From assembly GCF_006345805.1 (NCBI RefSeq), contig NC_043004.1:46996001-47060000 (forward strand): a DNA stretch of 64,000 nt, in the 5' to 3' direction. The notes under the pieces were generated by a model. It saw nothing but the letters and a program-made list of their open reading frames with translations, was not told the DNA's origin and did not search any database. Origin of the DNA: Octopus sinensis. Lineage: Eukaryota. The position numbers and the translations under genes were made by a program. Below are positions 52,561-64,000 of the stretch, piece by piece (the first letter of the stretch is position 1; each line of letters starts with the position of its first letter).

Positions 52561-52880
52561 CCAGATTGACATAAACATTGGTTGGGGGTTTCACGTACCG
52601 AGTGAGATTCAGAGCATCAGTCAAGTGCGTTAATGGTTGTTCGAAAATTAATTAGTTCATGAGATCTTGCTTAATTGAAGCGTGCGGTAAATGTAGCAAT
52701 TCCTGTCATTTGTGCGACTACCAGTTTGACTTAAACATTGGTTGGGAGTTTCACGTACCGAGTGAGATTCAGAGCATCAGTCAAATGCGTTAATGGTTGT
52801 TCGAAAATGAACTAGTTCATGAGATCTTGCTTAATTGAAGCGTGGGGTAAATGTAGCAATTCCTGTCATTTGTGCGACTA
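52561..52880. repeat. Two-copy 160-bp direct tandem duplication
   Basis: 52,561-52,720 versus 52,721-52,880; 7 mismatches in 160 counted by eye. Confidence 0.97.
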
Positions 52881-53084
52881 CATGACTACAACGAATGTCA
52901 AGAGATGCTGCATAATTATATCAAATCATTCGCGATAGTGAGATGGAAAGAGAGAGAGAAAGAGAAAGAGGAGAGAGAGATGTATGTGCGTGTGGGCGTA
53001 CGGACGTCTACAAAATAAAATGCACACTAGCGCCAAATTACAACCTAAAATGCAACACAAACGTCCTAATTGTACACTCTGCAT

Positions 53085-53220
53085 CAAACGCGGCTTATGA
53101 AAATAACTCTGGACGATCATTTACCAATAAATTAATTTCATTGGTGCGCTCTATACATTTAAATGATGCTCTGAACTGCAAAGGATGTAGTAAATACTAC
53201 ATAGGCAAACAAGTTTAAAT
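53085..53220 (+). mobile_element. Penelope-like GIY-YIG relic
   Basis: LNCKGCSKYYIGKQ resembles the ITCxxCxxxYIGxT motif. Confidence 0.5.
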
Positions 53221-53432
53221 CTGATGCAGAGGAAGACGTTGCAATACTAAGAAACAACACGATTTGAAAAATAACCCTGAGTAAACATTTAGATTTTTCC
53301 TCAGATTCAAAAACAAAAATATTTCATATTTTTATCAATTCATCAGGAACAATTCAGCACTTCAGACCGCTCCCGATTGAATGAAGGATATATATGTATT
53401 AAAGTATATAATTAATTTATAACAAATATATT

Positions 53433-53680
53433 AATTAATGTAGACTCACCTTGTATTCAATATCTCGGGGCTATGACCCCATTTTCAAGAAAGTAAACGA
53501 ATGTTGCCGATGGTGTTGCTATAGAAATCAGCTAGCTTCCTGTAACTCTCTTCTGTTCTTGATCTAAGGTTTCTTTTGTTGTATGAGGATGGCCTCAGAG
53601 ATTCTAAGATTACTCCTGTTCCGCTGTGCTCATTTGATGTGCATTGAGAATTCCCGGGTCTTAATGCGTATATGCAGTTT
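53433..53680 (-). mobile_element. Penelope-like endonuclease C-terminus plus start of the 3' repeat
   Basis: Minus-strand SNLRISEAILIQQKKP, followed by a 54-bp segment also present inverted at 55,091-55,144. Confidence 0.55.
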
Positions 53681-53702
53681 TCATATTGTACTTCCTATGT
53701 AT

Positions 53703-53783
<81 letters not shown>

Positions 53784-53784
53784 C

Positions 53785-54942
53785 TATTGCATCTCTTGCT
53801 CTCTCTGCCATTCTCTGTACAACGGACAAACAGGACATCGCTTGGCTGACCGGTTCGCGGAAAACCTCCAAGACATCCGTCTTGGCAATGACACCCCGGT
53901 CTCACGACATTTCCGTTCAACCGGTCACTCTTTGCAACACCTGTCCGTGTTCGGATTGTCCTTGCACAGAGGTCATCCTAACTCCCGTTTACGCCGTGAA
54001 CAGGTATTAATCTTCCCTCTTCGCTCCTTTACTCCATTTGAGCTCAATTCTCCTCCCATCTTAATCCTACCTCCTCCCCTTGCCTCTCCCCTCCATCCTA
54101 CTTCCTCCCAACCAACTCTCCTCCCTTGCCCAGACTCCTACTTCTCTTCACTCCTACTTCTCTTCACCCCTACTTCCTTTTCCTATTCTCTCTTACTCTC
54201 TTTCTTTCTACTCTCTAACTCTCTTTCTCTATTCTCTCAACCCAATTACTCTCTATCCTCACATACCCACCTTCCTCTTCCCCCTTTATTGTCAACCCTC
54301 TCCACCCCACCTCTAATCATAGCCTACCCCACCCCTATACATTCCTCCTCCACCTTCCCTATCATTCCCATCCCCATCACATGCCCCCATCCTGCCCCTA
54401 CACCTTCTCTCACATACCCCACCTCTAACCCCACCGTCTGCTTACCCACAAACCCCACCTCTACCTTCACTCTCGCCTCTACCACATCCCAACAATATCA
54501 CACCACAGCACACTACACCATACAACATTACACATCACATCACAACACACCACCACACACCAACACTGAACAATTCCCATCCCCACATTTCACACGCACA
54601 CATACATACACGCATACGTCCAGACCACCAGCCCTCTCTCACACGCACATACCTACACGCTTACACACACCCGCACCTTCGCTTGGGAGTCACCTTTACT
54701 TTGTTATCTCCCCTACTTTTTCGCTCTCCTATGTGACACTTCTGACGCCATGATAGATCGTTAGCCCCACTACACACATTTTTTTCTTTCGTTGTTTCTC
54801 TCCTTATTTTCTGTATCCCTTTCTGTAGAAGAGTGTAGGCTCGAAACGTAAAAGACTTTTTCTATTCCTGAACGTTATACTAATCTGTTTATTTTGTACA
54901 CCACCTATCTTGGTCTTTTGTATTTTTCGTAAAATCTCCCTA
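53785..54942 (+). mobile_element. Older Penelope-like element 3' part: GIY-YIG, C-rich UTR and terminal repeat
   Basis: CSLCHSLYNGQTGHRLADRFAENLQDIR...PVSRHF...GHSLQHLSV...REQVLIF..LN, then a pyrimidine/CA-rich UTR and the CTCCCTA terminus. Confidence 0.8.
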
Positions 54943-54964
54943 TGCACAATTATATGAAAATATT

Positions 54965-55001
<37 letters not shown>

Positions 55002-57826
55002 AGAGTTTACGATAAAAACAAAAGACGAAGAAAGGCGGTGTTGAAAACAAATTTTCAAAAAATTAACGATAATTCCGAATCGGTCGAACTGAAAATGGGG
55101 TCATAACCCCGAAATATTGAATACAAGGTAAGTCTACATTAATTCACATATTTCTTTTATTGTGATTCACCTTGCATTTATTTCGCATCGTTTTGGCCTT
55201 ACCCATGATTTTTATACAATATATATGTATACATATATAAATCCTTTATTTGTGAGGAAAAGAAAACGGAGAATCTGAGCTATAAACATCAATTTATAAT
55301 GTAATTCTGAACAATAAGAAACTGGGTCTATTCTATAATAAAAAATACTACGATAATTATAACTAGTACATCCAATAATCCTATAATTCTCAACTACTAT
55401 AATGATAATAACCATAACTCCATTACCTACCCCACTCAAATGTAAACATAACACCATAGTACCACCCACTAATTTTAATTGAAATTGTACAGACCCATAT
55501 ACCTGTGAAGTAGATAAACATTCCAAAATGAAAGAAGTTATATACCAAGCAACTATTATTACTCAGGCCTCCTCTAGATACATATATACTTAAATCGAGA
55601 ATTTATAATCATATATATTTTTTAGATGCCCTAGAAAAGAAAATAGCACAGGTGTATCTAAATTTTGCACCTCAAAAGAAACAATATTGATTTCTTAGTC
55701 TCTTAGAAAATCCTTCAAACCTCTCTTCAACCCTCTCTTACAGAAATAATAATAACATTTCTAGGTTGTGTTTGGAAGAAAGCTATAACAATGAGGATGA
55801 ATGGAAATTGGGTTAATACTAGGGATGAAAATGTTTCCTCATGTAAACGCATGGCCAACTTCCTATTTATCAATCTTTTAAATAATTCTTTACTCCCCCT
55901 TGCTTAGATTTGTTTTGGTGCTTTTTTAAAATTATATATTTATACATGATCTTTTTTTAGGGAATACAGTTACTCATCACATCCAGTTTATATCTCTATA
56001 TCTTACACTATCTTGGTATTTTTGTATTTAACATTTCGTTCTAACAAATGCATGACCCACCATATAACGGGCTAACACTTTATCTATCTCTCCATACATC
56101 TCCTTTTGTCTCAATATGTCTGTTTTTTTAATTATATCTTGGCTTAATATATAAACACCTACAATTTTTTGCATTTTATTTTATTTGCATAATGTGTCCA
56201 TTTAACCCCCACAGCATACCCATTCTAAGTATTACCGGTTTATATTACTTGCCACTATACCTGATAATTACATATATTTTACTGCTGGTATATGCAAACA
56301 TGTATGGAAATATAATACTTCCACGTGTCCTACATGTCGATAACCATGTCTACCTAGCTAGGTATGGATCTTATATGTCATCCATGTGTATATGTATCAT
56401 TTTGTGTTTATTTACTATATGTCGCTACTAACATTTATTTTAATAGAACGTGGGTATATACACTTATACGTACGTTTCGTATATATATATATATACTATT
56501 TGTATATGTGTGTGTATTTATATCTATAGGTGTGTGCATTTTCTCTCTTTGCACCGGTGTGTCTATATATATTGTTGTACGGTGTTTCTTCTTTTATGTA
56601 TACCCTAATCAGAATAGAATTCCAATATCTATGTATACTAATATGGAAATATACCTCTACTCGCATATGAGTAGACATACAAACACTTTTTAACTTATAA
56701 GACTATTTTTCTCCGACATTATGTATAAATTGTGTTGTATACTTATGTGCACCCCCATACTCGTACCTTTACTTCTATTCATAATTCACAATGCGCTTCC
56801 ATTACTTGAATATTAATACTACTATCATATCTCTCTCACATAATACCAAGCTAGTTCGTTATCTCATAATAACTTTTTTATTTATAGTAAAATACAATTA
56901 CTTTATAACCTTACATATGAATACATATAAAATAAAACTTTTTATTTACTATTTTCATTCCCAGTTCATTTACCTCCCCTACATTGATTCATTTTCCGAT
57001 ATTCCTACATGTATTATCTATTTCAACTTCACTTTTTTTCATCTTTATAGCCACAACAAGTATGTACTATCTAAATTGTGATATTAACAACTATTTTTTC
57101 TGTTTTTACTTATTTTTCTGCCTTATACTTAATACATTATAACGAATATTATTTCGTATGTAAACATAAGTCCATCATAAGCATATTATTCTCTCTTTAA
57201 CCCTTTTTACCTTTCTAATACTTGTTTACGTTAACTATCTAGTATAAAATTATTATATACTATATCCTCTCAATGAACTTCATTTTCTTGTGTCAACTTT
57301 TTTTTAAATATACACCTCACTAGGTAATGTTTTTACCTGTTAGGTCATATTTCAAATATAACCATGCTTTTCCATTGGGCATCTCTATACAATTTTTACC
57401 TTATGCGACTTATTTGGAGTTAAAATTGCTAATCTCCTTACTCACATAAAGGGGAAACGTATCTGATACCTCTTTACTTATATTTTAAGATAATCGTTGT
57501 AGCCTTTAGTTATACTTAATACCTAACTGGATTCCCATCTCTTTCTCATAAGAATGAATTTCCTAGATTTTATTCTCCTCATATTTCCTTCCTCAAGTTC
57601 ACTGTAAAAAATTGTCCATACTTCCTGCGCTAAAAATACATTGGTATATAATTAATTAATTAATCAATTAATTTAGTTCAATTCAATTCAATAATAAATC
57701 AGCATTACTTTTATATCACTGTACGAAACGATCGTCTGTATGAATTAATTGTTTTTTTGTTTTTTTTAACAACTTGTTGAGTTTTATGGGATTTCTTTCC
57801 ATAAATTCACCACAAATCATATACAA

Positions 57827-57881
<55 letters not shown>

Positions 57882-57953
57882 TAAATTAGAGATAAAACCA
57901 CTATTAGGCAAATCAAACAGTGAAAATCATAAGCCAATACATAGAAATATATA

Positions 57954-58017
<64 letters not shown>

Positions 58018-58568
58018 ATATATATGTATGTATGAATGTATATATGTATATAGAGAGAGATAGAGAGACAGAGAGACAAACAAACAGACAGAGAAGTGTG
58101 GAGACTAAGAATCAACAAGTGATATCAATATAAACTCCAATTATAATGCTTATTGTAGTGCTAAATAATTTGAACTGATGCGCGGGCCATACAGTGGCTA
58201 TAAGAGAAATGCATGTTAGCTGATATGAGCACTTGCAAATAATCACGCATGGGTTCATTAGAGAAGTCGATATATTTTATCTGCCTAAGTAGATCATTCA
58301 CTGTGTTAACCAATGCAAGATCAGTGTGGATTTTGTGATTCTTTTGGGGTTATAAGCGACCTTGTCCAAACAGGGATTAAAGATTCTGTAATTAATGACA
58401 GGACAGGGTGCCCTACATCACATTTGAGCAATAAAATATTTTCTCCTCTGGAGTTAGAGCTCCATGCAGAATTGTAGAATTGGGATATTCGTTCCAGGTA
58501 TACCGCACATTCTTTCACCAATTTGCTCCACAATTGCTCGATATAAAAAAAACTCTCATATATATATA

Positions 58569-58653
<85 letters not shown>

Positions 58654-58654
58654 G

Positions 58655-58828
58655 ACAATTAATAAGAGGAGGGACCACTAAAGTGGATTCCTATACGCTA
58701 GAAAAGACATCAAATCGCCTTACCACAAAGAGCGTGTTCTCAGGAAAAAAACAGCAAACGCCTAAATTTTGACGTCTACCTCTAGCGTATAGGAAACTAC
58801 TTTACTGGCCATTCCTCTTATTAATTGT
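58655..58828. mobile_element. Fold-back MITE (174 bp)
   Basis: ACAATTAATAAGAGGA / TCCTCTTATTAATTGT termini; inner TTCCTATACGCTAGA / TCTAGCGTATAGGAA. Confidence 0.85.
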
Positions 58829-58959
58829 AATATAATTCTTAAATCTTCGGATTTGTTTTTGATATGCTAGAACACTATTTTAAATTGATGTTGATTGATG
58901 TCAAGTTCTATCCTCATTATATGTATATTTGTTTGAGCGTGTATATATATATATTTGTT

Positions 58960-59010
<51 letters not shown>

Positions 59011-60187
59011 TATGTATAATATAATATATATATTTGATTGTACATATACGTAGGAATTTTTTTCCTTATAACTCTCATTTCAGGAAAGTAATAAATATTG
59101 GCATTGCCAGCAATTATATAATACCTATTCATACGTATATTTGTTTCAAGCAAATATAAGGCATTTTCTAAATTGGGGTCAAATATATTTCATTTATACG
59201 ACCCACTTATAATGAGTTACAAGTGGCACTGCTAAAATACAGCCTAATAACATTTCTAGTGTATATGTTACTTGGATTATGAGAGTAAGTTTCTTACTGA
59301 ACCATTTCTTGTATCAATTTAATTTTGTCTAATGTTATGCCACTTCCCTTCCCGATCGTATCAATAGTCTACTTCAGAGGTTTTCAACTCGAGCAGTACC
59401 GACCCGAAGTGCACACTGGGCATGTCGAAGGCGGTGGTGTTTGCAGCGAACTAACACTAAAATAAGTTTTAGTGATAAGGCTTAAATAATTTTTTGAACT
59501 TAACGTACCTGACTCAGTCATAAATCCATTTCCTTCTGATTCTCTTCTGCTGAACCAAGCTTACACGAAGAAAATATCGTCTGCAAGAAGGGAAAAAGAA
59601 AGGAATTCGAGTCTCAGGCATATTTTCAATAGGGTAATTATGAAATATCCTGGCCCAAAATGCAAATCAAGCATTCTCAGCTTTGGCTAGAAATTAAATT
59701 ATTTTTCATTACTTTTCCTTCATCATATTTAGAAAACGAACGATTCAGTGTAGTGACGCTATTGCTGAGTTAGTAGTGAAATAAACATTCAATTACTGAA
59801 AAAGATCGCTTACGACTCCTTTTGACAATCACTGAAGCTTATAACGAAAATTTTCCTAGAGCTCCTGACAATTTAAGACGTTACCTGCCATAGGAAATCG
59901 ATATGATCTGCTTCTATTTGCCAAAAGGGTTTTATCACATTTCTCAAATCAGAATGCTGAAATATTTTGTGTGGTGGCATATAGGTACATAATACATGTA
60001 ACTAAACTACAATGACGTGATACGAGTAATCTCATATTAATGCAAAATGCTCAGATTTGTTTGCTATGAAGGCTTTGAGGATATGTTATTCATTATTCGA
60101 CTATGTCTCTTCATTGTATAATGTTTTCTTCATTTTTTCAGATTTATAAAAAAAAACTATTATAAATTTTGATTTTTAATATATAAG

Positions 60188-60481
60188 ATGCCAAAAAGCT
60201 TTTCCAGTGAAAAAATTGTTGGAATGCTTCAGGAACTCGCGGAAAATGAACTACCGGAAGATGATATCTTAGAGTCAGATACTCGGATGATTTGGATAAA
60301 ATACTCAGATGCTTTGGATAAAAAATATGTAGCAACTATCAGTGGAAGTAATACCAGTGACGCCAGTTCTACTTACGAAAATGAACAGTCAGTTGCTCGA
60401 GGCCGTAAGACAAAACGCAGTACTCCTGCATCAACTGCACCAAGTTCTCCGGGACCAACAGCATCGACATCTAATACTTAG
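60188..60481 (+). pseudogene. Possible DNA-transposase N-terminal fragment (piggyBac-like acidic start)
   Basis: MPKSFSSEKIVGMLQELAENELPEDDILESD resembles the acidic N-termini of piggyBac transposases; no catalytic core or TTAA-TIR seen. Confidence 0.3.
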
Positions 60482-61269
60482 ACCTGATATATATAGATAC
60501 TTTACCAAATATATTTCCTGGCAGGTGCATTGATATGAGCTAACTCGTAGCACTGGGCAAATAAAGGGTGTATTTATTGTTTCCACAACACACTCACAGG
60601 GTTCCAGACACCGGTTCATTTTAAGCGTGTTACAACAAAATAGACCTCTACGAGTCTGCTCGTACCTGGCTAAATTGTATAGATCGCAAACTACGAGATA
60701 ACTTGTAGTTGGCGGTCAACGTGTTAATGCCTACAACAATTGTAATGCCTACAGCAAATTTACAACTTTGTTAATATTTTTATCATATCAGTGTTAAAGA
60801 TTTCTTCAATCCATCTTTTTTAGTTCACGTAGCTGGACACTATGCATAGCAACTACTTAGAACGAGCGCTACAGAGACAAAAGATTAAGAAACACTGATC
60901 TAATTCCTGAGTATGTATATAATCCTGGGATGAATTTCAACACGAAACACAAAACATTTATTATTACATTAATGAAAATAACTGCCTCAGCTTGGAAATT
61001 CAGCAATGATAGAATTGATAATTTTGGTAGAATTAGTTTCAAAATAAATATTACTAGTTTAATCCTGCGTATGACTATAAACTACATCTGGTAGTGGGCT
61101 CCTGAGGCCATGGTTTCGGGGGTTGAGAAGTGTGGAACCTCCTCTTAGACAATTTATTTTTCGTTCTGGGTATGACTATAAATTACATCCATTAATGGGC
61201 CTCTGGGGCCCTGGTTTCCGGGTTTGAAGAGTGTGGAACCGCCTCTTAGACACTATTGTTTCCAGGTCT

Positions 61270-62240
61270 ACTCTGGCCCGGAGTGGTAGTAGCTGTAATC
61301 GTCCCAGCTATGGTTAACAAGCAAAACCACTGCGACTAGAGGCGTCGATAGACTGCAATCCCGTATTCGCTGCTTGGCCTCAAAGGTGACTAAAAGGGGC
61401 AGGAGCGAGGGGACTGGTAATCCTCCCCTAGTAAATTCATATTCCTAAAAAGATGGCTAGAAAAGAGAAGGGGGACAGAAGGTCAACACCAAATTTCACC
61501 CGAGTACAGGGGTCATGGAATGTACGTGGGTGTAGTACAGGTGAGGTACAGAGGAGAGAGATAGGGGATGTGACTGCGGAAGGAGGTTGACTGAGGAGGT
61601 GGGACATAGAGTGAGGGAGGTGCGCAAGAAACTTGGATTCTAAGAGATAAAAGGTTAAGTATGAAAGCGAAAAGAGGTGTGCATGAGGGCGTGATTGTGC
61701 CGACAGTATGATATGATGCAGAGAGAGGCGGAAAAGAGGCGACTAGATGCGTTTAAGATAAGATGACTGAAAGCTATGGTTGCTATGACATGGCTGGACA
61801 GGATGAGGAATGGGGAATTGCGAAGATGAGCAAAAATGAGAGAAAAGAGTAACAACAACATTGGATAGACGAATGCTGAGGTATTTTAGCCACATGAGAA
61901 TGGATGAGGAGCAGATGGTAAGAATGGTGATGAAGGCTGAAGTGGTAGGCAGCAGAATCAGATGCAGACCTCGGTTTCTGAGGATAGATGGAGTCAGGAA
62001 ATCTTTGGTGGTAGAGGTGTTGGAGTGAGAGAAACAAGAGAGTTTATAAATGATAGGAAAGCTTGGACAGTGTTTGTGGACGGATTACTGAATCTTGAAT
62101 GTTACCCAAAGTTACCGCGGGAGTAAGCCAGAATATGCTGTCGGGCCCCGCTACTGATATTGGAGTTGCATTATATGCCTTGAGCCGTGCAGAGAAGGGA
62201 GCTCGCCTCTTGGAGCTAAGCAATGAATGGAATGCATGAT
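61270..62240 (+). mobile_element. Internally deleted, degraded RTE-clade LINE
   Basis: EGVIVPTV, KRRLDAF, DRMRNGELRR, RRMLRYFSHM.MDEEQMVRMVMKAEV.GSR.RCRPR..IDGVRK; GC-rich UTR-like segments on both sides; ends in (AT)n. Confidence 0.75.
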
Positions 62241-62266
62241 ATATATATATATATATAATATATATA

Positions 62267-62300
<34 letters not shown>

Positions 62301-62885
62301 TAATTCAGGTGAACACAGACACACAGAGGAGAGCGCTCATGTAAATACGCACACTTAACTTACACACATTCAAATCTAATAATGGCGCTGTTATACATAT
62401 AAATTACTGTATATCTGGCAATGTAAGTGATTCAGATCCTACTTATAAATATGTATACGCAAAAGCATACGTAAATACACGATTACATAATACTAGCAGA
62501 CTTTCTTTCATAGTCAAACACGTAACCAGGATATACGCACATAAACCCGCGCCTACGCACATATATATTTTCTTCTTCCGTTCTATCTGATGTTACGTTT
62601 GTTTAAGAATGATTTACACTTGTTTATATTCCATTATATTCGCCAAATACTTTACTTGTCAATAATAGTTTTCCTTCCTAGTTTGTTCTTTATCGTTTTC
62701 CTTTCAATTATATATATTTTATTGTAATATGTATCACATATTTCTGCATTCATTCTTTCCATTATAATAATGCTTTCCGTTTTAGTGTTTAGATTTAGTT
62801 ATTTGATATAACTTTTTCCATTTTCTCTATACAGGTTTTTCAATATTTACATTCCTATATATATATATATATATAATATATATAT

Positions 62886-62936
<51 letters not shown>

Positions 62937-63057
62937 TAGATATAGAGGAATGTAAATATCGAAAAAACCTGTATACAAAAAATGGAAAATATATATACAC
63001 GCGCACACACACACGCACACACACACAACACACACACACACACAGACACACACACAC

Positions 63058-63102
<45 letters not shown>

Positions 63103-63599
63103 GTGTGTGTGTGTGTGTGTGTGTGTGTTGTGTGTGTGTGTGTGTGTGTATGTATATTATTCAATCATTTGAAATAGTTTACAGTAAACTGTGAATCAAA
63201 TACTATTACTGTAGAGAAATTTATTATAGAAATATTTCGTTCTACCACTCTAGATATCTAATGCCTGAAAGGGAGCGCGTTACTTCAAGCTTTCGGAATA
63301 TAATCTTCTATCAGTTTAATTTAAAATATACTTTGAAAAAAAACAAAGCAATGTTCCTTCAAACATATACACTTTGACACATCAGATGCAATAAGAATAT
63401 AAAATCGCGCTTGCATGAATTCGCAAGAATTATAGTTATCTAGTATACCGCGTTTTGGAAAGCTGAGAGTGAGAAATATCCTGAAAACAATAGCGAGTTT
63501 TGTTCAGAACGTCCAATTTCTTCCTTATGTGGGCTGCGTTTTTGCCTTCGTCGATATTCTTTATGGCAAAAATATTCATACATATGTTGTAATCTACTG

Positions 63600-63727
63600 C
63601 GAGAGCTGGCTTCCCAACAATATGCTTCCAGAACGAATCCCACAGCGTGGTACATTTGCATGGCGTCGGGTCGACCAAAACCTTGTGAGCGGGCTTCGTA
63701 GACGGAAACTGAACGAGATCCTTCGTG

Positions 63728-63730
<3 letters not shown>
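63600..63730 (+). mobile_element. SINE family B, 5' half
   Basis: GCTGGCTTCCCAACAATATG...GGGTCGACCAAAACCTTGTGAGCGGGCTTCGTAGACGGAAACTGAA-(AT)n. Confidence 0.7.
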
Positions 63731-63790
<60 letters not shown>

Positions 63791-63917
63791 CATACATATA
63801 TATATATATATACATAGATACATATACGTATATATATGTATATATACATATATATATAAATATATATATATATACATGTATATATGTATATATACACACA
63901 CACACACACACATACAT

Positions 63918-63957
<40 letters not shown>

Positions 63958-64000
63958 CATATATATATATATGTATATATATTTATATATATATATATAA

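Noticed and set aside
57724-57736. GAAACGATCGTC, resembling a hammerhead 3' half with palindromic stem III
   Set aside because: No CUGANGA-like core or stem I partner upstream.

Overview
AT-rich eukaryotic DNA dominated by repeats. The SINE families, dense (AT)n/(GATA)n/(CAT)n microsatellites and Penelope-like retroelements suggest an octopus or other cephalopod genome (inference from repeat content, not checked against a database). I found no host gene I can confidently name, and no rRNA, true tRNA or CRISPR array; only weak exon candidates at about 12.4-12.7 kb and 18.9 kb. The most striking structure is a very young Penelope-like element (RT plus GIY-YIG endonuclease) present as a head-to-head inverted duplication of about 3.7 kb (28,539-32,209). 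Its arms differ at only three sites by eye, its junction shows microhomology, and each arm carries a minimal type-I hammerhead ribozyme fold with a U3-A8 covariant core. Other elements: a full-length mariner relic and four partial ones; a GG-ended MITE family with 8-bp TSDs and internal TTAGGG arrays; R4/Dong-like LINEs inside (TAA)n tracts; CR1-type and RTE LINE fragments; Helitron-like non-autonomous elements; a probable solo LTR; fold-back MITEs; several older Penelope-like relics; and at least three tRNA-SINE families. All identities were counted by eye; no searches were run.
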